Assembly (NCBI RefSeq): GCF_006345805.1
Contig: NC_043001.1
Location: 131,006,001-131,070,000 of the forward strand
Direction of reading: 5' to 3'
Source: Octopus sinensis
Lineage: Eukaryota
Length of the DNA: 64,000 bases
A model generated the notes under the pieces. That model worked only from the letters and a program-made list of their open reading frames with translations. It searched no databases and was not told the DNA's origin. A program made the position numbers and the translations under genes. Shown piece after piece: positions 1 to 11,901 of the stretch (positions are counted from its first letter, which is position 1; each line of letters starts with the position of its first letter).

Positions 1-29
1 AAGAAGGTCCCATGTACAAACTTTCGAGC

Positions 30-96
30 AGTGAGACTGAACCCGGATCCATGTGGTTCAGAAGCAATCTTCTTAACCACACATCCACAAAGTGCA
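30..96 (-). mobile_element. SINE-A 5' (tRNA-like head) fragment
   Basis: Reverse complement resembles the SINE-A head (tgtgtggttaagaag...ccacatggatccgggttcagtctcactg). Confidence 0.6.
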
Positions 97-195
97 TATA
101 CATACATACAGACAGACATATGTATGTGTATATCTTGCAAACATGAATGTATGTCAGTACATACATATATATATAAAATACAGTGTAAACACACA

Positions 196-325
196 CATGT
201 ATATATGTATGTATATATGTATGTATATATGTATGTATATATGTATGTATATATGTATGTATATATGTATGTATATATGTATGTATATATGTATGTATAT
301 ATGTATGTATATATGTATGTATATG
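196..325. repeat. 12-bp tandem repeat (ATATATGTATGT)n
   Basis: About 10 consecutive units; produces the YVYM/CMYI ORF artefacts. Confidence 0.95.
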
Positions 326-786
326 CATATATACACAAAGTGATATACGCTCAAACAGCAGTATACCAATACAGGGTATGCTTCACCGAACACAATATTC
401 CAAGCTATAAATAATGGATTTTCCATGTGCAAGGGTTTCTGACAAAATTTCATTTTATATTCTTGGGGCAATTTTCTGTAAATTACATCAGACTAATGAG
501 AGATACCTTAATTTTAATTGGAGGTCTTTTTCCTGTTGACACAAGTGAAGCATTCAGTAAAATACATTTGAAAAAAATCCCTCAAAGTTTTATGCTTACC
601 AAATTTTTCATTACTGTTCTTGTTATTATCTTCATTAGAATTGTTCTGACTGCCATTTTTGTTGTGTTTCTGTTGTTTTGACTATAATTGTCCATCATTA
701 TTATTGATAAGATCATTAATATCAACATTATTAAAATTTTCATTATGAATATAGCTGTCATCAGTAATATTATTATCATTACTATG

Positions 787-825
<39 letters not shown>

Positions 826-827
<2 letters not shown>

Positions 828-1745
828 AAAGGCAGCGAGCTGGCACAATCATGTATGCCGGACGAAATGCTTAGCAGTATTTTGCCTGTCACTACATTCT
901 AAGTTCAAATTCCACTGAGGTCGACTTTGCACTTTATCCTTTCGGGGTCAATAAATTAAGTAACAGTTGCATACTGGAGTTGATCTAATCAACTGGCCCC
1001 TTCCCCAAAAATTTCAGACCTTGTACGTACGATAGAAAGGATTATTATTATTAAGGCAGTGAGCTGGCAGAATTGTTAGCATGCTGGACAAAATGCTTAG
1101 CAGTATTTCGCCTGTCCTTACATTCTGAGTTCAAGTTCTGTCAAGGTCAACTTTGCTGAAAGGATGAAAATCCTTTCGGGATTGATAAATTAAGTTCTAG
1201 TAAAACACTGGGGTCGATGTAATCAACTAGCCTCCTCCCCCAAAATTTCAGGCCTTGTGCCTATAGTAGAAAGGATTATTGTTGTTATTATTATTATCAT
1301 AATTATTATTATTATTATTATTATTATTATTTGTCTTAGGGTGGAAAACTGGCAGAATTGTTAGCATGCTGGGGAAAATGCCTAGTGGTATTTCATCCAT
1401 CTTTACATTCTGAGTTCAAATTCCACTAAGGCTGACTCTGCTTTTCATCTTTCAGGGTCAATAAAGTAAGTACCAGTTGAGTACTGGGGATCAGTGTATT
1501 TGACTTTGCCCTCTCCCACGAAATTGCTAGCCTTGGCAGAATCATTAGCACACCAGGCAAAATGCTTTGTGGTATTTTGTCTGCCTTAACATTCTGAGTT
1601 CAAATTCCACCAAGGTTGACTTTGCCTTTCATCTTTTCGGGGTCAATAAAATAAGTACCAGCTGAACATTGGGTTTGATATAATTGACTTATCCCCTCCT
1701 CCAAAATTGCTAGCTTTGTGCCAAAATTTGAAATTATTATTATTA
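826..1745 (+). mobile_element. Head-to-tail array of four SINE-B copies (about 826-1040, 1054-1280, 1340-1530, 1535-1745)
   Basis: Each unit carries ggcagtgagctggcagaa...ttctgagttcaaattcc (tRNA B-box-like)...gtcgactttgcctttcatcctttcggggtcaataaa..aagtaccag...; three of the four end in (ATT)n. Confidence 0.85.
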
Positions 1746-2285
1746 TTATTATCATCTGTCTCAGCATGTCTCCACCTCACTATTTCCATCGCCTGCATTA
1801 TCATTTACACCATAATCATCATCATCATAATCAATATTTCTCTCCTTGTTACTACTACTACTACCACTACCACCACCACCATCACCATTATCATTGTATG
1901 TATCACTATAAGCGTTGCCATCATCCTCTTCCACTAGTCTTACCAGTGCCACCTCATTTGTTATTTCTCCAGTGACCCCCCCCCAACCACACACACACAC
2001 ACATACCCAGTTTTGCCACTGCCACCATCATTTCTATCCTCCACCTCCTCCTCATCATCATCATAACCATGATGGTCATCATTATCATCTCCATCACTAT
2101 CTATCATCAACATCGTCAATATTATTGTGATCATCATTCCCGTTGTCACCTTATCTATTGCTTCCTCAACAACCCTCACTGCTACCATCACCATCACCAC
2201 CACCACCACCACCATCCCAAAACTGTTATCGTCATTACCATTATGAACAACATACCCCTCCATCACCAATATCCCCAATATCACT
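1740..2285. repeat. Low-complexity CAT/CAC/CTA trinucleotide region
   Basis: Interrupted (CAT)n, (CAC)n and (CTA)n runs; the poly-His/Thr/Ile ORFs are artefacts. Confidence 0.85.
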
Positions 2286-2482
2286 GAGATTTCTCTACTT
2301 GGAGTTCAATGCTGTATTTCCAAATGAAGTGGGGAAAATGGTTCTAACAGGAATTGATTTGAGATTTTGAACTTCCACAGAGAATTTAGTCGCAAGGACT
2401 CTGTGTCTCAGTCAAGCTTAATAGAATGATTTGCATTCATTCAGGGTGACAAATGAAAACAGTTGCTGCATTGGAATTTCAC

Positions 2483-2884
2483 ATAGGAGTGGCTGTGTGG
2501 TAAGTAGCTTGTTTACCAACCACATGGTTCTGGGTTCAGTCCCACTGTGTGGCATCTGCTATAGCCCCGAGCCAACCAAAGCCTTGTGAGTGGATTTGGT
2601 AGACGGAAACTGAAAGAAGCCTGTCGTATATATGTATATATATATATGTGTGTATATGTGTGTTTGTGTGTCTGTGTTTGTCCCCCTAGCATTGCTTGAC
2701 AACCGATGCTGGTGTGTTTACATCCACGTCACTTAGCGGTTCGGCAAAAAGAGACCGATAGAATAAGTACTGGGCTTACAAAGAATAAGTCCTGGGGTCG
2801 ATTTGCTTGACTAAAGGTGGTGCTCCAGCATGGCCGCAGTCAAATGACTGAAACAAGTAAAAAGAGTAAAAAGAGTAAAGAGAG
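2483..2884 (+). mobile_element. SINE-A, full length (tRNA head, internal TA/TG microsatellite, right arm, AAGAGTA-type tail)
   Basis: A-box-like gtggctgtgtgg, B-box-like gggttcagtccc, 3' stem-loop CAGTC-aaat-GACTG and a tandem tail; many near-identical copies in the window. Confidence 0.9.
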
Positions 2885-3084
2885 ACCATATGTTCAAACC
2901 CTTATATGGTCAACCATGACCTTTTTAACTTTCAGCAATTGATAAAACGAAATACTAACGAGCAAAGACACACAGGTAATTATTAATCAACCTTAACACA
3001 AGTGGCACTAAAGATAAGGAAGAAATTGTTTTGCATAAACTTTAACATTTCCAGTAAAATACCTCCTATTTATACCTTTTTTCT

Positions 3085-3310
3085 CATTTCATTCTTTTTA
3101 TTTATTTCAGCCATTAGACTGTGGCCATGCTGGTGCACTGTTTTCAAGGGTTCATCAACCCTTATTTTTTAAGTCTGGTGCCTATTCTGTCAGTCAGTCT
3201 TCTTGCCAAACTTTTTTTGCAAAGTTACAGGGAAGTAAACAAAACAACAGAAGTTGTCAAATGTTGAGAGACAAACACACAAATATACATATGTCTATAC
3301 ATATATATAT
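3085..3310 (-). mobile_element. SINE-A right-arm fragment, diverged
   Basis: atttcagccattagactgtggccatgctgg... matches the reverse complement of the SINE-A 3' arm. Confidence 0.65.
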
Positions 3311-3311
3311 A

Positions 3312-3541
3312 TTCTTTCATTCTTCTATTTGTTTCAGCCATTTAACTGCAGCTATGCTGGAGCTCTGCCTTTAGTCGAGCAAATCGACCCCAGGACTTAT
3401 TCTTTTTAAGCCTAATACTTATTCTATCAGTCTCTCTTGCTGAACTGCTAAGTGACGGGGATGTAAACACACCAGCATCGGTTGTCAAGCGAGGTTGGGG
3501 GGACAAACACAGACACACAAACATATACATACATACATACA

Positions 3542-3577
<36 letters not shown>

Positions 3578-3772
3578 CACACACACACATATATACATAT
3601 ATATATATATATAGACGACAGGCTTCTTTCAGTTTCCGTCATCCAAATCCACTCACAAGGCTTTGGTCGACCCGAGGCTTTAGTAGAAGACACTCGCCCA
3701 AGGTGCCATGCAGTGGGACTGAACACAGAACCATGTGGTTGGTAAGCAACCTACTTACCACACAGCTGCTCA
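3312..3772 (-). mobile_element. SINE-A, near full length
   Basis: Reverse-complement match to 2483-2884 with an expanded (ACAT)n/(AT)n centre. Confidence 0.9.
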
Positions 3773-3947
3773 GTAAGTTCACCATCATTAATTCACAGCA
3801 GGGTAAGTTCACCATAAAGAATGTTCACTGTGAGAAAAGTTCACCCGCAAGGAAAGGTTATGGAGAGATAAGCTTACAGTAAAAGAATTAAAAACCTTCC
3901 TCACAGGGAACTTACTTGTAATTATATATATATATAATTACATGTTT

Positions 3948-4272
3948 GTGAAGGCACATGGCTTAGTGGTTAGGGCATATGGTACATGATTATAAGATTG
4001 TGAGCTCAATTCCTGGCAATGCGTTGTGTCCTTGAGGAAGACACTTTATTTCACACTGCTCCAGTTCACTCAGATGGCAAAAATGAGTAGTACCTGTATT
4101 TCCAAGGGCCACCCTTGTCACACTCTGTGTCACGCTGAATCTCCCTGAGAACTATGTTAAAGGTACACGTGTCTGTGGAGTGCTCAGCCACTTGCACGTT
4201 AATTTCACAAGCAGGCTGTTCCGTTGATCGTATCAGCTGGGACCCTCATTGTCGTAACCGACAGAGTGCTCC
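3948..4272 (+). mobile_element. SINE-C group: tRNA head + body X + tail 1
   Basis: ggcttagtggttagg head, gtgtccttgaggaagacactt (CORE-like motif), tail tacctgtatttcc...gtcgtaaccgacagagtg; paralog at 39442-39755. Confidence 0.8.
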
Positions 4273-4397
4273 TATACACACACACACACACACACACATG
4301 TAAACACACATATATATACACAGAAACACGCACATGACAACCTTTCATGCAGTTCCTATCAACCAAGTTCACTCACAAATAATTGGTTGGTCTTGAG

Positions 4398-4653
4398 TAG
4401 TGGTTCTTAACCAGAGTTCACACGGCCCTTGGGGGTCCACATAAGATTTTGTTGTTATAATTTATGTCCAATGCATTGGCTATATTTCCATAATACACCA
4501 AATATTTTAACAATTCTTTTTATACAATTCCTAATAATATTTAATTATAGAAATATATTAGGATTTTTTTAGCATCAAATGGTTGTCAGGTATCCTATAA
4601 AATAATTTAAGAATCAAAGAGGTCCACAGTTAAACGATGGTTGAGAAATACTG
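4398..4653. mobile_element. hAT-like MITE
   Basis: Termini tagtggttcttaacc...ggttgagaaatactg resemble CAGTGGTTCTCAACC-type hAT/Charlie TIRs; flanks gtcttgag/gtctagtg are a degenerate 8-bp TSD; relatives at 10318-10383 and 46680-47364. Confidence 0.7.
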
Positions 4654-5013
4654 GTCTAGTGGTTATAGCCAAAGACAATTACAGAAATAGGACTGCATCT
4701 GAAATCACACAGACATGCGAGAGGCTACTCATATTTAGAATTTGAAGTGGTGTTTATTTACATATAAGAAGTTACATATAAATGATTGCCAATATTTTTA
4801 CAAGAGACATCAGTTTGAATCTACTTTGGTTCTGATTCTAACATCTGTATTACCATTCATGGGGTTTGACTCGTGGAATGAGATGCACACTGTGACCTTG
4901 AACAAGGCACTTTACATCAAAGTGGTTTGACAGAACAGAAAGATAGAAAACCATTGAAAGTGGTGACCCAGCATGGCCACAGTCAAATGACTGAAACAAG
5001 TAAAAGATAAAAT

Positions 5014-5067
<54 letters not shown>

Positions 5068-5109
5068 ATATACACACACACATGTATGTGTATATATATG
5101 CATATTTAT

Positions 5110-5146
<37 letters not shown>

Positions 5147-6519
5147 TAATAATAATGATACGAGGGAATATTATTCCAAACTTACAGGGAAAAATTCAAT
5201 TTAGAAATACTAAATCAAATTTTACAAATATAATATTATATATATACATATATAAATTTCTAAATGGTATAATTTAATTTTTCATTATTGAATTGATAAA
5301 TGGTGGGTTTTTTCTAATTTATATATATATATATATGCATATTTATATATATATGTATTATATAGATATGCCTTTCTAAATTATCATAAAACCATGAAAC
5401 TATTTAGTAACTCTTTTAGTATGTGAGGTTATAGTAGAAGACACTTGGCCAAGGTGTTACACAGTTGAACTGAACCCAGAACCATGTAGTTGGGAAGCAA
5501 AACTTCTTACCACACAGCCACACCCATGCCATATGTTTGTGATTTTTTTCTTTTGTTTTTTTTTTTTACAAATCATATTGAATTATAGAAGTAAAAGAAA
5601 CTAACAACAACAACAACGATTGATAACTTCTGCAATGTGTCTTTTCTAATTTCCAAACTAAGACTTTGTTTAATAGATTAATTTGATAAGCAACATAACT
5701 CCCCCACTACCACCGCCACCAGCACTACCACTCACCAACTCCTCTACCTACCCAGCTATAACTAATAAGTCTGACAATAAGAATGAGTCATAGACAGAAT
5801 AGCAAGTTCCTTTGATACATTTTTCCTAATTGAATACTTGTCTTCCGACACCAATCTGACCTACTAAAGACAAATCATTTATAATCTACAGAATGACGTG
5901 TTTGTTGTAGTCTTGTGTATGTGTATATGCATGTGTGTGTATGTGAGAGAGAGAGAGAGAGTGTGTGTGTGTGTGTGTGTAGAGGGGTACTTGACAGAGT
6001 TCTTCATATCTCTGACTTCCTGAGAGTTTAAAAGAGAAGAAAAAGGTCCATGCACTGTAGACTACTTTGACTGTACCTTCTTGGTTGGTAAACAAAATAT
6101 CCAGACATACCCCGCCTCTTTCCCTCGCTCCCTCTCTCCCTCACGAAATATGTAGAAGATAGGTGGAGTTACTGATTTTAGGGAGCCAAAGACAAAAGAC
6201 CTTGAGGAAGGTTGATGATGTGGGAAAGAGAAACGGAGAAGGGGAGAAGAGAGAAGGGGGAAGGAAGAAAAAAATAAAATAAAATAAAATAAAAGTTGTC
6301 AATAACCATAAATGGGTTATATCTAAGATTCACATTTAATCACTATAGTTCTTAGTTTTTACCATTGTTTATTTCTTATCCTTCTTGTGTGCGTTTTTTT
6401 TTAAATATATTTTTGTCTTTTCTTGTTTATTTTTTTTTAATATTTTTCTGCTGTGAATCAATTTACTAAGAAGGAGAGAGAGAGGAATAAGAGACCAAGG
6501 ATAATGTACAAAAATTTTT

Positions 6520-7115
6520 AATGGTAATAATAACAACAACAGCAGTAGTAGTAACAACAGTAGTAACAACAGTAGTAACAACAGTAGTAGTAGTAACAAC
6601 AGTAGTAGTAACAACAGTAGTAGTAGTAGTAGTAACAACAGTAGTAGTAACAACAGTAGTAGTAGTAGTAACAACAGTAGTAATAGTAGTAGTAGTAGTA
6701 GTAGTAGTTAGTAGTAGCAGTAGTAGTAGTTGTAGTAGTAGTTGTAGTAGTTGTAGTAGTAGTAGTATTAGTAATAGTAGTAGTAGTAACTGTAGTAGTA
6801 GTAGTAGTAGTAGTAGTAACAACAACAGTAGTAGTAGTCGTAGTAGTAGTAACAACAACAGTAGTAGTAGTCGTAGTAGTAGTAGTAACAACAGTAGTAA
6901 TAGTAGTAGTAGCAGTAGTAGTAGTAGTAGTAGTAGTTGTAGTTGTAGTAGTAGTAGTAGTAGTATTAATAATAGTAGTAACTGTAGTAGTAGTAGTAGT
7001 AGTAGTAGTAACAACAGTAGTAATAGTAGTTGTAGTAGCAGTACTAGTAGTAGTTGTAGCAATATTAGTAATAGTAGTAGTAGTAACTGTAGTAGTAGTA
7101 GTAATAGTAATTGAT
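6520..7115. repeat. Compound (AGT)n/(AAC)n trinucleotide array
   Basis: About 600 bp of agt/aac/tgt triplets; source of the poly-S/V/T/L ORFs. Confidence 0.95.
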
Positions 7116-7651
7116 ATTAAAAATGATGATGATGATGATGACAATGACAATGATGACGATGATAGTAATAAATGCTGTAGAAGTGAAGGACTAATGGAAA
7201 TGAATAAATAAATAAATAAATAAATACCAATAACAAAAAAGAAGTACCGAAATTTTTTTTTTAACTAAGAAATAGTGATAAGAAAAATTAAAAAAGGATT
7301 TGTAAAAAATGGGATATAAAAAAAAATTAAGAAGGGAAAGAAAGGACCAGAAGAAGGGATATCATGGAAGTGGGCGGGGGGGGGAGAAATAAGAGAGTGA
7401 CAGGGGATATATAGATAGAAAGGAAGAAAAGAATAACTACTAAGAAAGAAAAGGGAGAAAGGAAAGTACTAAGGGAGAAGTAAAGAAACTACTAAGGGAG
7501 AATAAAGAATAGATGAAAAAAAAAGCGTTTGGGTGTAAGCGTGGGTGGGCAGGGGAGGAGGAAATAAAAGGACCAATTGCAAGAACTGAAGGATCTATGG
7601 TAGGTGAGATGGAAAGCGGGTTGTGGAATGGGAGGAGAAAGAACAAAGAAT

Positions 7652-7725
<74 letters not shown>

Positions 7726-9595
7726 TGGACAATGGTTGAAAGATATACAAATAAAAAAGAAACATAATTCAAGTGAAGAATGAAGAAAGAACTAAACAAA
7801 TGAAATAAAAATAGAAAAAAATATATAAACAAGTAAAGAAATATAAAATACAAAAGATACACGTACCAAAAATGTATAAAATATATAAAATATTTAAAGA
7901 GAAAAAGAACAAAAATAAAGGCAAAAGCGAAAAAAAAAAAAGAGATAAAAGTTAAAATGAATGAACTGGGCAAAGGAAAGAAAATGAAAGAGATATAAAA
8001 TAGTAATTTGATGAAAACCTACCAAAGTTTTAATATCAAACTATATAAAATGACATTATTCTTAGCTACAAGAAAACTGAAATCATCCTAATTCATTTAA
8101 TAAATTAACTTGAACTTCTTCTTAAAGAAGGAATAAAATGAAACTTTGGGTGGTTGGGCAGGCAGTGGGATACTGTAGGGGAAGATATTTTATCTAAGAA
8201 ATATGCTTAATGAAATAATGTTACTAACTTTAATAAACTCTAGGTATGTTTCATTGTTGTTTTTTTTTTTTTTTTCATTCTTATTTGTTTTAGATTATTT
8301 TCTTTATTTTTTGTATTCTTGTTATTTGATTTTGATTTTAATTTTAGTTTGTTTGTTTTTTCTTGTTTTTTTTTCTTCTTCTTTGTATCAGATATCTGAA
8401 ATCGAAATAAGCATTTTAGATTATATAGTTTGTTTCATTTGTTTGGTTCTTAATTATAATTTTAATTTTGATTTTAATTTTAATTTTATATTAAGTTTCC
8501 ACTATATTAATACCACAGGGCAAAACTAGAGCTGGAAATAGAATTAAAGCAGTTGCAGATGCATTATTCAAAGGGGGAAACTGCTGTATTGATTAATTAA
8601 AGCATAAGCAATATACATATACATCATATACATACATTCATAGAAACTATATATATATATATATATATATGTTTGTATGTATGTACATACGCATGTATTT
8701 GTAAGTGAACATAACATATATATATGTGTGTATATGTGTTTGTGTGTATGTGTGTGTGTGGGTATACATGCATGCATGTATATAAAATTTCTATTGATAT
8801 TTTCTGCTAAAGGTTTTTCTGCAATAATAGCTGTGCTCTTCCAGATATTATGCCAAATCTTCATTATTTATTATCTAACAAAGAATAAAAGCTACGTTTT
8901 TTTGTTGTCCAACATATTGTTATAGTGACTGAAATATAACTGGTTAGATGGATGGATAGATGGATGGTTGGTTGAATGGATGGATAGAAGCAAATTTTCT
9001 AGAAAAGTTTATAAAAGCAAAACAGATTTTAAAAGAATTACGGAGGTGGTGGTGGTGGGGGGGTTGTATTTTATTTCAAGGATTTAATTAAATACTATCT
9101 TCTTTATCATTTGATATTCTAAACAGTACAGCGATAACTCTGGTATGTTTTATGGAAACTGCTCCAAACACAAACATTTATGCAAATGCAAAGACGATCC
9201 AATACACGTCTATCATCATCATCATCATCATTATCATCACATATACCACTATTACCACCACTGCTGCCATCACCACCACCACCAATAGCAGCAACATCAT
9301 TAAATGCTCATAACATCATGTAAAATTACCCAGTTAGATATTTTTTGAAGCTTTTATAAAAGTCTACTGTTACTTAGATCCCAGTATCTCCTGCTTGTCT
9401 GGTTTTGGGAATATTCTTCAGAGTTATGGATTTGTGAGTTCTCAACAACAATATTAACTAAGCTCTCATAATAGTCAGGGATAACTTGATGACATGGGCT
9501 GAATCTTACAAAATATCATACATGACTTTAGCTGATAATTATTTTGGGAGGTCATCATATAACTCACTATTTCATGTGTGATGACTATTCTTATT

Positions 9596-9878
9596 CATCA
9601 TCATCATCATCGTCGTTTAACGTCCGTTCTCCATGCTAGCATGGGTTGGACGGTTCGACCGGGGTTCTGGGAAGCCAGAAGGCTGCACCAGGCTCCAGTC
9701 TAATTTGGCAATGTTTCTACAGCTGGATGCCCTTCCTAACGCCAACCACTCCGTGAGTGTAGTGGGTGCTTTTTACGTGCCACCTGCACAGGTGCCAGGC
9801 GGGGCTGGCAACGGCCACGGTCAGATTGGTGTATTTTATGTGCCACCGGCACGGAAGCCAGTCGAAGCGGTGCTGGCA
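9596..9878 (-). mobile_element. SINE-E / RTE-like 3' end with (GAT)n tail
   Basis: (CAT)n followed by gtttaacgtccg..ccatgctagcatgg..gctggatgcccttcctaacgccaacc; multiple copies; the RTE affinity is inferred from the tail and 3' motif. Confidence 0.75.
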
Positions 9879-10389
9879 TGTTCATTATATTTCATACAAC
9901 ATGATCCAAAAACCTTTCAAGAAAATATTCTTTAAGGAACTATTGAGGAGGAAGGAAGAAGTGGACAGATGAAGAGAGTGGCAACATTAAGAAATGGACA
10001 GGTAAGAAAAATAGTAGAAGAGACTGACTATCAGCAGACCATTAGTAACATATTATAACTTTTGGGGCTGAGACCTGGCAATAAGAGCTTGCGGATATTC
10101 CGCTACAAAACATTTAATAATATCTAAGCAGTAACTTTGATAAATCAGGGTATAATTTTTGAAGACTCTTTCTGAACCCAGTCAATGACGGGTATTTCTG
10201 CTAGTTAACAACTATGACAGTTGAAGAAAACTGGTATAAAGTATGGTACAAAGGCACCCTTAAAATTGCATTGCAAGTTGATCGGTCAGGATAAAGCATG
10301 ATAAATAGCATCTAAACAAGTTGTTCTCAACTATTGTTTTGCCTATTGACCCCGCTGATTCTTATTTTAGTCTACAGGACCCCACCCCA

Positions 10390-10591
10390 CACATTACTCT
10401 GTCAAATGTAATACTTATTTATTCAGAGTATTTTGAATTAATCATGCATTATCTTTTAAATTTCAATGATGTGACTGAATATTATTAGAATAACATTGAA
10501 GGGTAGGTGGGAGAAGTGAGATCTGGACAGTATGAACATAAAACAGATAAAATATTTGGGCTGGATATGGCTATTTTAAACTACTAAAAGG
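10390..10591 (-). mobile_element. piggyBac-like MITE P1, copy missing one terminus
   Basis: Reverse complement aligns along its length to 10625-10837; ends ctaaaagg followed by TTAA. Confidence 0.75.
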
Positions 10592-10624
10592 TTAAAGAAA
10601 CTCATGTTATAATTTTAGAATTAA

Positions 10625-10837
10625 CCCTTTAGCATTTAAACTGGCCATATCCGGCCCAAATATTCTATCTGATTTATGTTCAAGTTGGGTAAATTTGTCC
10701 TCCCAAACATATCCTACAATGTCATTCTGAAAAATAAACAATCAAATCATCGACTTCACAAGATAATGCATGATTAATTCAGAGCAATATGAATAAAGAA
10801 ATATAACATTTGACAGAATAATTTGAATGCTAAACGG
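10625..10837 (+). mobile_element. piggyBac-like MITE P1
   Basis: TTAA-ccctttagcatt...aatgctaaacgg-TTAA: terminal inverted repeats plus TTAA target duplication. Confidence 0.85.
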
Positions 10838-11069
10838 TTAAATATTACTAAGAATTGCATTCAAAATATTGTTGAAATATTAAGTGTACTGTAAAAGTAT
10901 TAGCAATTTATTTCACAAATCTTAACAACAAAATCTTAGATGGACTGCTAAAGGTTATATGAACCCTGGATGAGAACCATTAGTTAATACCAAATTATAT
11001 CCATGGTTGACTTCCAAATAGGCACACACACATACACACACATATGTGTGTGTGTTAATTCTATTACTA

Positions 11070-11435
11070 TTTTACTTACTTCAGTCATTGAACTGTGGTC
11101 ATGTTGGGGCACTACATTAAAGTGTTTTAGTTCATCACTTTAGTCCTGCTAAGTTATAGAAACATAAACAAACCAACATCAGTTGTCAAGTAGAGAGAGA
11201 TAAATGCAATGCAAAGATAAGAACCCACACTCAGGTACATGCATGCATGCATGTGCTCATGCACACACACATCAAATGCAGCACTGTGTTGTTTCATTGA
11301 CCAGATTCACTCACAAGGTATTGGTCAACGAGGAGCTTTGGTAGAAGACACAAGCATAAAGTGCTGTATGGTGGTATTGAACACAAAACACGTGGTTGCA
11401 AAGTGAATTTCTCAACCATATGACCGCATGTGTAC
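11070..11435 (-). mobile_element. SINE-A, diverged
   Basis: ttcagtcattgaactgtggtcatg...ccagattcactcacaagg...catgtgtac aligns to SINE-A. Confidence 0.65.
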
Positions 11436-11640
11436 CGTTGGCGGTTTTTTTTCCTCCGTCTTCCCTTCTCTGGATCTTTCCTTTTCCTATGTTTCCGTCG
11501 AAGAGCTCCGCTCAAAACGTTAAACCCTCCTTCTTCCCTTCCTTCCTGAGCGTCCAATAATACTATATTTGTTCCACGTCCTTGCGTTGTTGTGTTTTCT
11601 CATTGTGTTTTTATGTTTGGATTAACTATATATATATATG
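11430..11640 (+). mobile_element. Penelope-like terminal (pLTR-type) fragment carrying a decayed minimal hammerhead
   Basis: Near-identical copy at 39805-40005; both end ggattaac followed by (TA)n; contains gttt-CCGTCGA-a-gagc tcc gctc-AAAA-cgtt-aaac at 11491-11525. Confidence 0.6.
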
Positions 11641-11858
11641 ACGGGTTGCTGAGACATTCATGGCTTTGGGTAAAATGAAATACAGGAGGATCAGTTAATT
11701 ATGATTTTATTCCACATATTCCCCTCTCAGATTCACACACTTATTGCAGAGGTCCTTCAGTTTTTCTAAGCCCTGTAAAAGAACTCGGAATATTGGGCCT
11801 CTAACTAGGCCTTTCATGATACCCTTAAAGCCAGGAACTTTTCAGCAGCCCCTTGTGT
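11638..11858 (-). mobile_element. mariner-derived MITE retaining transposase C-terminal codons
   Basis: Ends acgggttgctgagacattcatgg / ccaggaacttttcagcagcccc are inverted; the minus strand reads QGLEKLKDLCNKCVNLRGEYVE*, a typical mariner transposase end. Confidence 0.75.
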
Positions 11859-11901
11859 TTTTATTATTCTACTATATATAAATACATATATATATATATT
11901 T

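Noticed and set aside
826-1745. Repeat-spacer appearance resembling a CRISPR array
   Set aside because: Units are about 220-bp diverged SINEs joined by microsatellites in eukaryotic DNA; no short constant repeats, unique spacers or cas genes.
2483-2560. tRNA-like heads (also 17374, 28361, 34537, 61201)
   Set aside because: They have A/B boxes but continue into SINE bodies and lack a complete acceptor stem; not called as tRNA genes.
7200-8510. Purine-rich then pyrimidine-rich blocks giving hydrophobic F/L/I ORFs (7440-7973, 8203-8529)
   Set aside because: Compositional bias only; not credible membrane proteins.
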